Below, piece by piece: positions 1 to 10,754 of a stretch of 64,000 nucleotides of DNA. The translations under genes were made by a program, and so were the position numbers. Location of the stretch: positions 1,843,711 to 1,907,710 of the forward strand of contig NZ_JAQNDO010000001.1 of NCBI RefSeq assembly GCF_028369105.1. Reading direction: 5' to 3'. Position 1 is the first letter of the stretch, and each line of letters opens with the position of its first letter. Under the pieces are notes generated by a model, which searched no databases, was not told the DNA's origin, and worked only from the letters and a program-made list of their open reading frames with translations. The stretch comes from Polyangium mundeleinium (GTDB lineage: Bacteria; Myxococcota_A; Polyangia; Polyangiales; Polyangiaceae).

Positions 1-2
1 TC

Positions 3-3000
3 ACCTGGGAGCGTCGGTCGAGCGTCATCAACAACCCCGACGGCTCCGTGGTCTTCAAGATGGAGGGGGCCGAGGTGCCGGCGGGCTGGTCGCAGCTCGC
101 GACGGACATCGTCGTCTCCAAGTACTTCCGCAAGGCCGGCCTTCACGGGAAGAAGGACATCGGCGAGACCAGCGTGCGTCAGGTGGTCGAGCGCCTGGCC
201 AAGACGATCCGCGAGGCGGGCGAGACCTTCGGCGGCTACTTCGCCAGCACCAAGGAAGCCGAGACCTTCGAGGCGGAGCTCACCTTCCTCCTCGTGAACC
301 AGTACGGCGCCTTCAACTCGCCCGTCTGGTTCAACTGCGGCCTCTGGCACCGCTACGGCATCGTCGGCGCGGGCGGCAACTACGCCTGGACCGAGACCAA
401 GCAGCCCTTTGATCGCGAAGAAGGCGACGGCTCCATCTGCGAGGTCTCGAACGCGTACGAAAAGCCGCAGTGCTCGGCGTGCTTCATCCAGTCGATCAAC
501 GACGACCTGATGAGCATCTACGACCTCGTGAAGAGCGAGGCGCGGCTCTTCAAGTACGGGTCGGGCACGGGCACGAACTTCAGCACCATCCGGGGCAAGC
601 AGGAGAAGCTCTCGGGCGGCGGTACGAGCTCGGGGCTCATGAGCTTCCTCGAGGTGTTCGACCGAGCGGCCGGGGCGACGAAGAGCGGCGGTACGACGCG
701 GCGCGCCGCGAAGATGGTCTGCCTCGACATGGACCACCCCGAGATCGTCGACTTCATCCAGTGGAAGGTCCGTGAGGAGCGCAAGGCGCAGATGCTCATC
801 GGCGCCGGCATGTCCTCCGACTTCAACGGCGAGGCCTACCACACGGTCAGCGGCCAGAACTCGAACAACTCCGTCCGCGTCACCGACGAATTCATGCGCG
901 CGGTTTCCACCGGAGGGGCTTGGGAGACGCGGGCGCGCACCACAAACGACGTCGTCGAGACGCACAACGCGAAGGATCTCTGGCGTTTGGTCGCCGACGC
1001 GGCGTGGGCCTGCGCCGACCCCGGCGTGCAGTACGACTCGACCATCAACCGCTGGCACACCTGCCCGAACTCGGGGCGCATCAACGCCTCGAACCCGTGC
1101 TCCGAGTACATGTTCCTCGACGACACGGCCTGTAACCTCGCGAGCCTGAACCTCACGAAGTTCCTCCGCGCCGACGGCTCCTTCGACATCGAGGGCTTCC
1201 GCCACGCGACGCGCGTCTTCTTCGTGGCGCAGGAGATCCTCGTGGACTTCTCGTCCTACCCGACGAAGCCCATCGCGCGGAACTCGCACGACTACAGGCC
1301 GCTCGGGCTCGGGTACGCGAACCTCGGCACGTTGCTCATGCTCCTCGGCATCCCGTACGACTCGGACCAGGGGCGCGCGGTGGCCGGCGCCATCACGGCG
1401 ATCATGTGCGGCCATGCGTACAAGGTCTCGGCCGAGATGGCCGGTTCACGCGGGCCGTTCCCGGGCTACGCGAAGAACCGCGAGCCGATGCTCCGGGTGA
1501 TGGGCCTGCACCGCGACGCGGCGTACGCCATCGATCGGGAGAAGTGCCCCGAGCCGCTCTGGCGCGCGGCGTGCGCGGACTGGGACGAGGCGGTGCGCAT
1601 CGGCCACCAGAACGGCTTCCGCAACGCGCAGGCGACGGTGCTCGCGCCGACCGGGACGATCGGCCTCCTCATGGACTGCGACACGACGGGCATCGAGCCC
1701 GACTTCGCGCTCGTGAAGTTCAAGAAGCTCGCGGGCGGCGGCTACTTCAAGATCGTGAACCAGTCCGTGCCGGAGGCGTTGCGCCGGCTCGGCTACAGCG
1801 AGCACGAGGTGCAGGAAATCGTCGCCTACGTGTCGGGCACGAACACCCTGCTCGCCGCGCCGAACGTGAACCGCGCGTCGCTCAAGCAGCGTGGCTTCAC
1901 GCATGACGACCTCGCGAAGGTCGAGGCGGCCATCCCGGGTGTCTTCGACCTCGGGCTCGCGTTCAGCCCGTGGGTGCTCGGCGAAGAGGCGTACGTGCGG
2001 CTCGGCATCACGCCCGAGCAGCGCCAGACGCCGGGCTTCTCGCTCCTCCGCGCGCTTGGCTTCTCGTCGTCGGAGATTGCCGAGGCGAACGAGGTCATCG
2101 TCGGTCGTATGACCGTCGAGGGCGCGCCGCACCTGCGCGAAGAGCACTACGCGGTGTTCGATTGCGCGAACCGTTGCGGCAAGATTGGCAAGCGGTTCCT
2201 CGCGCCGATGTCGCACGTGCGCATGATGGCGGCGGCCCAGCCGTTCCTCTCGGGTGCCATCTCGAAGACGGTGAACTTGCCGAACGAGGCGACCGTCGAG
2301 GAGGTGCAGAAGATCTACGAGGAGGGCTGGCGCCTCGGCTTGAAGGCGGTCGCGCTCTACCGCGACGGCTGCAAGGCGTCGCAGCCGCTCTCCGCGTCGG
2401 GTGATTCGAAGGAGGAGAAGGCGGAGAAGGCCGAGGCGAAGGCCGAGGTCGTGATGGCCACGCAGGCGCCTGCGGGGCTTGCGGTCCGCCCGACGGGTGC
2501 GCGGGTGCGTTTGCCGAAGAAGCGCACGGGCTTCACGCAGGAGGCGATCGTCGGCGGGCACAAGATCTTCCTCCGCACCGGCGAGTACGTCGATGGCACG
2601 CTCGGCGAGATCTTCATCGACATGCACAAGGAGGGCGCGGCCTTCCGTTCGCTCATGAACTGCTTTGCCATGAGCGTCTCGGTGGGCTTGCAGTACGGCG
2701 TGCCGCTCGAGACCTTCGTCGATCAGTTCACGTTCACGCGCTTCGAGCCGCAGGGCATGGTCGAGGGGCATGACTACGTGAGGCTGTCGACGTCGATCGT
2801 CGATTACATCTTCCGTGTACTCGGCATCGAGTACCTGCACCGCTACGACCTCGCGCACGTGCAGCCGCAGCCGACGGCGACGATCCAGGATCCGACGGAG
2901 ACGCGGGCGCAGGAGAGCTCGTCGGCCGCGCCGGTGCTGCCGGTTGCGCCGGCCCGCGTCGAGACGCAGGAGCGCGTCACGAGCGCCCTCGATGCGCAGC

Positions 3001-3113
3001 TCGAGGACATGATGGGCGACGCCCCCGTGTGCGACGGTTGTGGCCACATCACGGTCCGCAACGGCGCTTGCTACAAGTGCCTCAACTGCGGCAACAGCAT
3101 GGGTTGCAGCTAA
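3..3113 (+). CDS. nrdJ: Class II (adenosylcobalamin-dependent) ribonucleotide reductase, 5' partial
   Basis: The frame is open from the window edge, so the true start lies upstream. The N-terminal [16 protein letters not shown]...VVSKYFRK and C-terminal [27 protein letters not shown] zinc-ribbon tail are typical of NrdJ. Length exceeds 1000 aa. Confidence 0.9.
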   Translation, partial: TWERRSSVINNPDGSVVFKMEGAEVPAGWSQLATDIVVSKYFRKAGLHGKKDIGETSVRQVVERLAKTIREAGETFGGYFASTKEAETFEAELTFLLVNQYGAFNSPVWFNCGLWHRYGIVGAGGNYAWTETKQPFDREEGDGSICEVSNAYEKPQCSACFIQSINDDLMSIYDLVKSEARLFKYGSGTGTNFSTIRGKQEKLSGGGTSSGLMSFLEVFDRAAGATKSGGTTRRAAKMVCLDMDHPEIVDFIQWKVREERKAQMLIGAGMSSDFNGEAYHTVSGQNSNNSVRVTDEFMRAVSTGGAWETRARTTNDVVETHNAKDLWRLVADAAWACADPGVQYDSTINRWHTCPNSGRINASNPCSEYMFLDDTACNLASLNLTKFLRADGSFDIEGFRHATRVFFVAQEILVDFSSYPTKPIARNSHDYRPLGLGYANLGTLLMLLGIPYDSDQGRAVAGAITAIMCGHAYKVSAEMAGSRGPFPGYAKNREPMLRVMGLHRDAAYAIDREKCPEPLWRAACADWDEAVRIGHQNGFRNAQATVLAPTGTIGLLMDCDTTGIEPDFALVKFKKLAGGGYFKIVNQSVPEALRRLGYSEHEVQEIVAYVSGTNTLLAAPNVNRASLKQRGFTHDDLAKVEAAIPGVFDLGLAFSPWVLGEEAYVRLGITPEQRQTPGFSLLRALGFSSSEIAEANEVIVGRMTVEGAPHLREEHYAVFDCANRCGKIGKRFLAPMSHVRMMAAAQPFLSGAISKTVNLPNEATVEEVQKIYEEGWRLGLKAVALYRDGCKASQPLSASGDSKEEKAEKAEAKAEVVMATQAPAGLAVRPTGARVRLPKKRTGFTQEAIVGGHKIFLRTGEYVDGTLGEIFIDMHKEGAAFRSLMNCFAMSVSVGLQYGVPLETFVDQFTFTRFEPQGMVEGHDYVRLSTSIVDYIFRVLGIEYLHRYDLAHVQPQPTATIQDPTETRAQESSSAAPVLPVAPARVETQERVTSALDAQLEDMMGDAPVCDGCGHITVRNGACYKCLNCGNSMGCS

Positions 3114-3128
3114 AAAATCTAGATCCGA

Positions 3129-3155
3129 TGCATCGACCGCACTGCGGTCGATGCA
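3129..3155. terminator. Perfect 13-bp-arm palindrome (TGCATCGACCGCA c TGCGGTCGATGCA) 16 nt after the nrdJ stop, followed by further GC hairpins. Candidate terminator or operator.
   Basis: Inverted repeat read directly from the sequence. There is no T-tract, as expected in a high-GC genome. Confidence 0.35.
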
Positions 3156-3283
3156 CCCTCGGTCCAGGCCGTGCCTGGTCCGGGTCCAGGGGCGGACAGC
3201 CCCTGGTCGGGCCCGGGGTGAAACCCCGGCGCTACGCCGCCTCGAAAGTAGCCGCCGCCCCAAAACACGGGTAAACGGCGTCC

Positions 3284-3742
3284 ATGCTGACTTCCGCTCG
3301 CGCGTGCACTGCCCTGCTCACGTTTGCGCTTGGCGCGCTGCTCTTCACCGGCTGTAAGAAGGAGGAAGAGGCGCCTCAGGCTGTCCCGCTCCCGTCGGCG
3401 GCTCCTGCGCCGGTCAAGGCCACGGAGGATACGCCTCAGGCTGCACAAGGCTCGGCTGCGGGGAGCGCTGCGCCTGCGGAGGCTGCGCCTACGCCGTCGG
3501 CTGCGCCGACGGAGCCTCCGAAGGCTGTGGCGGCGCCGTCGATTGACGGGTGTTGCTCGGCGCTTCAGGCCTTGGCGAAGGACACGAAGGCGACTTCGAC
3601 GGTTCGGTCGAAGGCTGCCACGGCTGCGTCGATGTGCGCGGGCACGGCGAAGCTCGTCAAGGAAGGCAAGGCTCCGCGCTCGACGGCGCTCACGCAGATC
3701 CGCGCCACCATGGCCGGGAGTGCGCCGGCTGCCTGCAACTAG
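3284..3742 (+). CDS. Hypothetical Ala/Pro-rich lipoprotein
   Basis: Signal peptide with lipobox LLFTGC. The sequence is low-complexity AP-rich with a Cys-containing C-terminal segment. It is convergent with thiL. Confidence 0.5.
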   Translation: MLTSARACTALLTFALGALLFTGCKKEEEAPQAVPLPSAAPAPVKATEDTPQAAQGSAAGSAAPAEAAPTPSAAPTEPPKAVAAPSIDGCCSALQALAKDTKATSTVRSKAATAASMCAGTAKLVKEGKAPRSTALTQIRATMAGSAPAACN

Positions 3743-3757
3743 TTCGAGGTCGAACGA

Positions 3758-4717
3758 TCAGCCGAAGTGGTCGTAGCCGCGCTCGTCGAGCGGCGTGAGC
3801 GTGCCGTCGGTGTGCTCGACGGCGATGCCGATCTTCCCGCCCTGGGCTGGTACAACGCGCCCGATCCGCTTGAAACCCGCGGGGACACGGTCCTCCGGCA
3901 CTGTCACCACGACTGCGTAGTCCTCGCCGCCTTCGAGCGCGAGCTGGTACGGGTCTGCCTCGGCGAGTGCTGCGGCGCGCTCGAGCTCCGGTGTGAGGAG
4001 CGTCGACCGATCGAGCACCACGAGCACGCCGCTCGCTCGCGCCACGTGCCCCACGTCTCGCGTGAGCCCGTCCGACACGTCGATCGCCGCGCTCGCCACG
4101 TCCCGCGCGGCGAGCCCTGCCGCGATGCGCGCGATGGGCCTCCGGTAGGCGCGCACGGCCGGGGCTGCGTCCGCCTCCCGCTCGCGCCCTCGGCCGATCA
4201 GCACGAGACCCGCTGCCGAGAGCCCGAGGGGCCCTGCGATCGCCAGGACCTCCCCGGGTTTGGCGCCTGACCGACCGAGCGGACGCGGCGTCTCGCCGAG
4301 CACCGTCGTCGTGATCGAAATCTCTTGCCCGCGTGCGAGGTTTCCACCGATGATTTGTGTACCAACTTCCTCTGCTGCCTCGCGTTGTCCTTCGGCGATG
4401 GCGCAGAGGTCCTCGTCGGTGACGTCGGCCGGCAGTACGAGGCCCGCGAGGATGCCGAGCGGCGAGGCGCCCATGGCTGCGAGGTCGCTCGCTGCGGCCA
4501 TCGTCGCGCGGTAGCCGAGGTCTGCCATCGAGACGAGGTCGCGGCGGAAGTGGATGCCTTCGACCTGCGCGTCGACGGTCCACACGAGGGGCTCTTGGCC
4601 GGGCGCGATCACGGCCGCGTCGTCGCCGATGCCCACGATCGTCCGGCTTGAGCCGTTTGCGCCGAACACGCGCGAGAGCATGTCGATGCGCGCTCGCTCC
4701 GAGCTTCGAGCTGTCAT
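3758..4717 (-). CDS. thiL: Thiamine-monophosphate kinase
   Basis: AIR-synthase-related fold. Motifs GDDAAVI and VDAQVEGIHF are typical of ThiL. Confidence 0.85.
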   Translation of the reverse strand: MTARSSERARIDMLSRVFGANGSSRTIVGIGDDAAVIAPGQEPLVWTVDAQVEGIHFRRDLVSMADLGYRATMAAASDLAAMGASPLGILAGLVLPADVTDEDLCAIAEGQREAAEEVGTQIIGGNLARGQEISITTTVLGETPRPLGRSGAKPGEVLAIAGPLGLSAAGLVLIGRGREREADAAPAVRAYRRPIARIAAGLAARDVASAAIDVSDGLTRDVGHVARASGVLVVLDRSTLLTPELERAAALAEADPYQLALEGGEDYAVVVTVPEDRVPAGFKRIGRVVPAQGGKIGIAVEHTDGTLTPLDERGYDHFG

Positions 4718-4726
4718 GCCCCGACT

Positions 4727-6175
4727 TTACGCGAACCGGACCGAAATCGCTCCGTGCGAGGGCGGCGCGGAGGGGCGCGACGCGGGCAAACGCACGACGA
4801 AGACGGCGCCCGTCGGCTCGTTGCCCTCGATGTGCACGCTCCCGTGGTGCGCCTCGACGAGCCGCTTCACGATCGAGAGCCCGAGCCCCGTGCCGCCGTG
4901 CTCACGCGTCGAGGACTGATCCACCTGGTAAAACGGGTCGAAGACCTTGTCGCGCTCGGCGGCCGGGATGCCGATGCCCGTGTCGGTCACGCGCACCTCG
5001 ACCATCTGCCGGAGCGGCGCGAGCAGCACCATCCCGGGCTCGTCGCCGCCGTCCACCTCGGTGGCCATCTGCCGCGCGACGATCTGCACCGTGCCGCCCG
5101 GCGGCGTGAACTTGATGGCGTTCTCGCCGAGGTTCACGAACACCTGCCGCAGCCGCTCCGGATCGCCGAGCACGAGCGGCAAGTCCGCCGGCGCGTCCAC
5201 GGTGAGCGTGACGCCCTTTTTCGTGGCGACGGGCGCGACCGTCGAGGCCGCCTCGGCGAGCACCGCGCCGATCGCCACGTCGCTCCGGCGCATCATCACG
5301 GTGCCGCTCTCGAGCTTCGAGAGGTCGAGCAGGCTCATGATGAGCTTCAGGAGCTGATCACTCTTCGAGTGGATGATCTGCACGAAGTCGAGCTGCGGCC
5401 CCGTGAGCTCGCCGGCGATGCCGCCCACGAGCATCTCGCTGTAGCCGAGGATCGAGGTGAGCGGCGTCCGGAGCTCGTGCGAGATCGTTGCGAGGAAGTT
5501 CGACTTCAGCTTGTCGAGCTCTTGCTGCCGCTCGTAGGCCTGCTCGAGCGCCGCGTTTTTCTCGGAGAGCTCGCGGTAGCTCTCGCGGATCGACGCGATG
5601 TGCATCTTCGAGGTGAGCAGGGCCTTGTGCCCGCTCCAGAGGATCACGTCGAGCACGGCGACGAGGTGCTTCGCGACGGTCTCGGCCGTGGCCTCGGTCG
5701 CCCGCGCCATGTGCGGCAAAAGCTCCGCCGCGCGCGCCGGGTCGACACCCTCGATCGCGAGCAGCGTGTCGGGGACGCTCTCGACCTCCGGAGAAAGGTA
5801 GGGGCCGAGGATCGCGCGGCCGATGGTGCCGCCTTCGTATTCGATCGGGACGACGCGGTAGCGCGCGCCGGTGAAGCAGCCGTGCGTGGCGCCTTCGCTC
5901 GACGTGACGCGGAGGCGTTTGACCTCGGAGACGATGGCGCCGCAGGCGCGGCGGCCCACGGGCTCCTCGTTGATCATCGCGCAGAGCGGGGCCTCGCGGG
6001 ACGAGCTCGCCAGGCTCACGCCCGAGTTCGACACGATCCGGACGGGCATGCCGAAGACCTGCTCGATCGAGCCGACCATGCCACGCATCGCTTCGCGGTC
6101 GACGAGGTCTTCGAGTCGGAGCGGTCCGAGCCCGAGGCCAAGCGCGTCGACGTCGACCGAGCGCTCGTCGCTCAA
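4727..6175 (-). CDS. Sensor histidine kinase with N-terminal PocR-like sensory domain
   Basis: H-box FLATISHELRTPL and ATP-lid HGGTGLGLSIV are present. The N-terminal ~150 aa form a Cys-containing sensory domain, tentatively PocR-like. The start is uncertain: TTG at 6175 has a GGAGG SD and overlaps the upstream stop, while the first ATG is at 6088. Confidence 0.8.
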   Translation of the reverse strand: MSDERSVDVDALGLGLGPLRLEDLVDREAMRGMVGSIEQVFGMPVRIVSNSGVSLASSSREAPLCAMINEEPVGRRACGAIVSEVKRLRVTSSEGATHGCFTGARYRVVPIEYEGGTIGRAILGPYLSPEVESVPDTLLAIEGVDPARAAELLPHMARATEATAETVAKHLVAVLDVILWSGHKALLTSKMHIASIRESYRELSEKNAALEQAYERQQELDKLKSNFLATISHELRTPLTSILGYSEMLVGGIAGELTGPQLDFVQIIHSKSDQLLKLIMSLLDLSKLESGTVMMRRSDVAIGAVLAEAASTVAPVATKKGVTLTVDAPADLPLVLGDPERLRQVFVNLGENAIKFTPPGGTVQIVARQMATEVDGGDEPGMVLLAPLRQMVEVRVTDTGIGIPAAERDKVFDPFYQVDQSSTREHGGTGLGLSIVKRLVEAHHGSVHIEGNEPTGAVFVVRLPASRPSAPPSHGAISVRFA

Positions 6176-6903
6176 GGAGCGCCTCCGGGCGCAGCGCCGG
6201 CCATCCTCCCGCCCATTCGCGCGGCGATGAGCTCGCGGAATGGCGTCGTCACGCCGAGCTGCTGCGCCGCGGTCGAGACGAGGTCGTCGCCGTCGATCGA
6301 GAGCTTGCGCGAGAGCTGATGGCTCTGATCGAGCGAACGCCACGTGGACCAGAGCAGGCAAACGAACGTCTCGACGACGCCGATGCCCCTCGTCGCGACT
6401 GCGCGGAAGACCGGCTCCTTGCCGCGTGCTGCGAGCCGCGCGAGCTCTTCGTCGCTGCGGATGTCCGGCAGATCCCGTTTGTTGAACTGGATCACGAGCG
6501 GCATCTTCGAGATCTCGATGCCGTTGTCGCGCAGGTTCTGGCGCAGATCGAGGAAGGCGTCGGCGTTGCGTTGGGTCTCGGAGATGCGCGAGTCGGCGAT
6601 GAGCGCGACGCCGTCGGCGCCTTGCAGGACGAGCCTGCGGGTCGCGGCGTGGATCGGCTGGCCGGGGACCGTGAAGAGCTTGATGCGGAGCGAGACGTCG
6701 CCGTCCTTCGAACGGAACGTGAGCGGCAGGAGATCGAAGAAGAGCGTGCGATCGTCCTGCGTCTCGAGCGTCATGAGCCGCCCGCGCGCGTCGGCGCCGG
6801 CGCGGCTGTGCAGAGCGACCAGATTTGTGGTCTTTCCGCTCAGCGCAGGACCGTAATAGACGAGCTTGATCGAGATCTCGCGTGATGCGAAATCGAGCTG
6901 CAC
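6172..6903 (-). CDS. MglA-family small Ras-like GTPase paralog with ~50-aa C-terminal extension
   Basis: SREISIKLVYYGPALSGKTTNL (P-loop), DRTLFFDLLPL and TVPGQ align closely to M. xanthus MglA. GTG start. No MglB/roadblock gene is adjacent. Confidence 0.8.
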   Translation of the reverse strand: MQLDFASREISIKLVYYGPALSGKTTNLVALHSRAGADARGRLMTLETQDDRTLFFDLLPLTFRSKDGDVSLRIKLFTVPGQPIHAATRRLVLQGADGVALIADSRISETQRNADAFLDLRQNLRDNGIEISKMPLVIQFNKRDLPDIRSDEELARLAARGKEPVFRAVATRGIGVVETFVCLLWSTWRSLDQSHQLSRKLSIDGDDLVSTAAQQLGVTTPFRELIAARMGGRMAGAAPGGAP

Positions 6904-6948
6904 GCTTTTACTATCGCATGGGCCGAGGGCGCACGTCCCCCGGGATCG

Positions 6949-8718
6949 TCACTTCGCGGCCGCGTCCGTGGTCCAGAGCGAGCGGCGCATGGTTTCGAGC
7001 CGCTCGACCACGCCCGTGAGCTCGCGCGCCTCCGCGTCGCAGGCCTGCGTCGCGGCCTCCACGCCGGGCGCCTTGCCCGCTCGCTCGGTGCGCGCGGCTT
7101 CCAGCACCTCGATGACCTCGCGGTGCAGCTCTTCGCCCGCGGTCACGACCCACTGGTCGAGCCGCTGCGCGAACTCCTGGATCATCTCGTCGAGCTTCGG
7201 GCCGACGCGCGCGGCGGCCTCGCGCAGCGCGTTCGGGGCGAGCTCCTTGGCGCGCTTCCTCGTCTCGGCCTCGACCTTGTCCTTCACGTACACGGCGAGG
7301 ACGGGCGAGGCGAGCAGGAGCAGGCCGCCGAGCAGGACGTTCGTGAACATCACGCCGAGGCCGAGCGTGAAGAGCGCGAAAACGCCCACGTCGTAGCCGA
7401 GCGTGTCGACCTCCACGCTGGGCGAGCGGACGTCCGAGCCGAGCGCCTGCCCGACACGCTTGGCCACGTCGTGCGCGTCCTCGCGGACGAGCGCGATCGT
7501 CTTCTCGGCCAGCGCTTCGAGCGCGTTCGCGATCTCCTTCGTCTCGGCCTGCGCCCAGTCGGCGAACGTCTTCTCCAGGAAGGGGCCGAGCCAGACCTTG
7601 ATGTCTTCGGCCGAGTGGTTGTCGACGAGGTCCGGGATCTGCCGGGTCACGTCGTCGACGAAATGAGCGAGATCACGCTGCACCCAGGCGCGGATCGCGG
7701 CGACCTCCTCGCGGATGCCCACGCGACGCTCATCGATCGTGCGGGACTGGCCTGCGAGGTCCTTCTCCAGGAGGTCGATGCGGCGCGCGAGCTCCTCGCT
7801 CGACATTTGCGCGGCGCGCCTGCGCGCGTCGATGCCCTTCACCAGCATGCGCGCGGCTTCGAGGCCCTCGCCGAGCGCGTTGTCGAGCAGGATGCGGCCT
7901 CGCTCCTCGGCGAGGAACTTCGTCAGGTGCCCGAGCAGCTCGGGCATGCCGCTCTCCTCGGGGTGCCCCTCGGCCGCGCGCTTCGCGCTGACGGGGAAGA
8001 CCACGGGCGTGCGGATCAGCTTGGCGAGCTCGGTGCGGATGTAGGCGAGCGCCTCCTCCTCCTCGTCCTCGCTCCAGATGTCCTTCTTGGTGACGACGAA
8101 GATGATCTTGTCGCGCGACTGGCCGAGCAGCTTCTCGTTGAGGAAGACGCGCTCGCTCTCCTTGAGCGGCTGACCCGCGTCGATGAGGAAAAGCACGGCG
8201 TCCGAGCGCGGGATGTAGCTGTAGGTGATGTCCGCGCGCTGGAGCGAGAGGTCGTTCACGCCTGGCGTGTCGACGAGCACGATGCGCTCGCGGAGCAGCT
8301 CCGCCGGGTAGAAGACCTCGAGGTGCTTCACCTCGCTCGTCGCGCTCTCGGAGCCTTTTTCCTGACCGACGGCGAATTTGCGCACCTCCTCGAACGGCAT
8401 CGTCGTGCGCTCGCCCGAGGCCCGCACGAGCTCCGCGCGCGGCTCGGGCGCGTATTCGAGGTGGTGGATGACGGCCGTCGTCGGGGTCACGCCGACGGGC
8501 AGGACCTCGGCGCCGAGCAGCGCGTTCACGAACGTCGTCTTGCCGTGGTTGAACTCGCCGACGACGACGAGGTGGAAGCGGTCGGCGGAGAGTTTGTCGA
8601 CGACGTCGCTGCCGAGGCGGCCCGCGAGGGAGCGCGCGCCGACGCGGCCGGCGATCGAGAGCAGCTCGCGGAGCGTAGTGGTGATTTCGACCTGTCTCGT
8701 GCGGAATGTCTCGAGCAT
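6949..8718 (-). CDS. Bacterial dynamin-like GTPase (DLP)
   Basis: G1 VVVGEFNHGKTTFVNALLG and G3 DTPG are followed by a long helical stalk and two TM-like hydrophobic segments near the C-terminus. The start is set at MLETF, 4 nt after the upstream M48 stop. Confidence 0.8.
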   Translation of the reverse strand: MLETFRTRQVEITTTLRELLSIAGRVGARSLAGRLGSDVVDKLSADRFHLVVVGEFNHGKTTFVNALLGAEVLPVGVTPTTAVIHHLEYAPEPRAELVRASGERTTMPFEEVRKFAVGQEKGSESATSEVKHLEVFYPAELLRERIVLVDTPGVNDLSLQRADITYSYIPRSDAVLFLIDAGQPLKESERVFLNEKLLGQSRDKIIFVVTKKDIWSEDEEEEALAYIRTELAKLIRTPVVFPVSAKRAAEGHPEESGMPELLGHLTKFLAEERGRILLDNALGEGLEAARMLVKGIDARRRAAQMSSEELARRIDLLEKDLAGQSRTIDERRVGIREEVAAIRAWVQRDLAHFVDDVTRQIPDLVDNHSAEDIKVWLGPFLEKTFADWAQAETKEIANALEALAEKTIALVREDAHDVAKRVGQALGSDVRSPSVEVDTLGYDVGVFALFTLGLGVMFTNVLLGGLLLLASPVLAVYVKDKVEAETRKRAKELAPNALREAAARVGPKLDEMIQEFAQRLDQWVVTAGEELHREVIEVLEAARTERAGKAPGVEAATQACDAEARELTGVVERLETMRRSLWTTDAAAK

Positions 8719-8722
8719 CGTC

Positions 8723-9616
8723 CTACCCGACCACCTTGATGATGTCGTGCACCTTCTCGTCGACCTCTTCCATCGAGAGGCCGGGGCCTTCCTGGCCGAT
8801 GTGCTTCTTGTAAAGCTCACTCTCGGCGAACGTGCGCAGGGCCATCACGCGCTTCGGCAGGTAGGGGTGGCTCGCGAGCAGCTCGCGGTAGCGGCCCACG
8901 CCCTCCCGGCCCTCCTCGTACTGCGCGAGGAACGCGTCCATGTTGAGCTCGGCGTAGAGTTTTGCCGATCCGAGCGCGAGCTTGGCAAAGGTCCGCTGCG
9001 CGACCTCGAGGCTCCTGCAGCAGAGCAGCCCCGCGCGATCACACGTGACCTCGGCGCGGCGCGACCAGCTCGACAGCGCGACCACCGCGGGCTCGACCAG
9101 CGGGCCGAGCAAGCGCGAGGCCATGATCTTGAGGTAGTGCATCGCCGTCAGGTAGACGACGTGGCTGTTGTGGATGTGGCCGCACTCGTGGCCGATGACG
9201 TTTCGCAGGTCCTCGTCGGAGAAGTGATCGACGAGCGCGGAGTGGACCATGATGAACGAGTCATCGTTCGTCCCGTACGTCGCCGCGTTCATCTGCGGGT
9301 TGTTCAGGATGTAAACGGTCGGCGTCGCGATGCCGAGCGTCTGCGCGCATTCGGCGGCGATGCCATGCACGCGCGGGAACTGGTTCGTCCCGACCTTCAC
9401 TGCGTGGCCGAGGAGATCACTCTTGCCGACGGCCTTGAAGAACCGGACGGAGGCGGCGACCGCCAGCTCGACCGGCTTCATCTTGTCGAACGCGGCGCGC
9501 GTCGTCCGATCGGAGACGTACGCATACGCGTGTCCACCCCCGTCCACGCCGCCTGCGCGCTGTTCTTTGCGGTTCTCGATGAAGCCCTTGAAATCGAGCG
9601 TCCCGACTTGTGCCAT
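8723..9616 (-). CDS. M48-family zinc metalloprotease (HtpX-like)
   Basis: HECGHIHNSH contains the HExxH motif in an M48-like context. It is first in the minus-strand run M48, DLP, MglA-like, HK, thiL. Confidence 0.75.
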   Translation of the reverse strand: MAQVGTLDFKGFIENRKEQRAGGVDGGGHAYAYVSDRTTRAAFDKMKPVELAVAASVRFFKAVGKSDLLGHAVKVGTNQFPRVHGIAAECAQTLGIATPTVYILNNPQMNAATYGTNDDSFIMVHSALVDHFSDEDLRNVIGHECGHIHNSHVVYLTAMHYLKIMASRLLGPLVEPAVVALSSWSRRAEVTCDRAGLLCCRSLEVAQRTFAKLALGSAKLYAELNMDAFLAQYEEGREGVGRYRELLASHPYLPKRVMALRTFAESELYKKHIGQEGPGLSMEEVDEKVHDIIKVVG

Positions 9617-9702
9617 GGTCCTCGAAGGTAACGGCGTGCCTCCTACAGCGCAACCGTCGGCCCAGGATCCACCACGAAAATCAAAACTCCTTCACGCGCC
9701 CT

Positions 9703-10674
9703 TCACACGCCGAGCATTTCGGCGAGCTCGCGCGTCGAGAGCGCCTCGATGGCCGCGCCGCGCGCCACGAAGCGCCGGTAATCTTTGAAGGCGACCACGC
9801 CGCGCGGGCGCAATTCGTAGTCCGTGATGCGCGTGATCGTGAAGCGAAGCGTCGCGAAGAGCGCCGCATCGCGGAGCGCCGCTCGCTCGTCGTCCGCGAG
9901 GGCGCGGACCGTGGAATATCCGCGCGCGAGCGCCCGCGCGAGGCCTCGATCGAGCCCGTCCCCGAAGCACCACGCGAGCACCGTGACCATGAGGTCGAAC
10001 GCGGCCGCGCCGCTCGACGCGCTCTCGAAATCGAGGAGCGCGGTGAGCGCGCCGTCCCGGAACAGAACGTTGTCCCGAAAGAGATCGGCATGGATCACCG
10101 GGAGCGTCGGGCCGAGGCTCACACGGGAGAGGTGGTCGAGCCGCCGTTCGAGCGCGGGCAGGATTTGCTGCACGTGCTCCGGTGCGTCCGTCCGCTCGCG
10201 AAGGCCCGCGAGCCGCGCCGCGAGGTCCTCGGGGCCGAACCGCGTCATGAGCGGCTCGCCGAACGACGCGCCCGCGAGGTGGACACGGGCGAGCCCTTCC
10301 CCGACGGCGCGCGCGTGCGCCTCGGTCACCCCGCGCTGACAGCGGACGTCGCCTTCGATCCACGGGAAGACGACCGCGGGTTTGCCCGCGTGTTCGGCCA
10401 CGAACGAGCCGCCTCCGGAGGCGAGGAGCAGCGGCATGGGGGTGGGCACGCCGCGCTCGGCGAGGTGCGCGAGCAGGCGCGCCTCCCGCTCGGCCGAGGC
10501 CACATTCGCGCCCTCGTAGATCCGCAAAAAGACACGGCTCCCGCCTTCGATAGCGAGCTCGTAGCTCGTGTTTACGCTGCCCGCGTCGAGCCCGCGGGCG
10601 CCCGTGACGACGAGCCCGAAGCGCGCGCCGAGCGCCTGCGCATCATCCTGCGAGAGTGCCGTGAAGATGCCCAT
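9703..10674 (-). CDS. thrB: Homoserine kinase type II (APH-like phosphotransferase family)
   Basis: MGIFTALSQDDAQALGARFGL resembles the ThrB2 N-terminus, and the APH-fold catalytic region HADLFRDNVLF is present. Start chosen at the internal ATG at 10674. Confidence 0.75.
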   Translation of the reverse strand: MGIFTALSQDDAQALGARFGLVVTGARGLDAGSVNTSYELAIEGGSRVFLRIYEGANVASAEREARLLAHLAERGVPTPMPLLLASGGGSFVAEHAGKPAVVFPWIEGDVRCQRGVTEAHARAVGEGLARVHLAGASFGEPLMTRFGPEDLAARLAGLRERTDAPEHVQQILPALERRLDHLSRVSLGPTLPVIHADLFRDNVLFRDGALTALLDFESASSGAAAFDLMVTVLAWCFGDGLDRGLARALARGYSTVRALADDERAALRDAALFATLRFTITRITDYELRPRGVVAFKDYRRFVARGAAIEALSTRELAEMLGV

Positions 10675-10754
10675 GTCCGGCTGCACGGTACCAAGGCGTG
10701 GCCTCTCGCGCCCCGGGGATCCGTGCGTTATGAAAGGGGGGCACGAATCCATGC

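Noticed and set aside
1446-3263. 605-aa minus-strand ORF opposite nrdJ
   Set aside because: Antisense artefact of a high-GC coding region.
7123-8739. 538-aa plus-strand ORF opposite the dynamin-like gene, and 4754-6319 plus-strand ORF opposite the kinase
   Set aside because: The sense-strand genes have clear GTPase and kinase motifs. These frames are Arg/Glu/Asp-rich artefacts.
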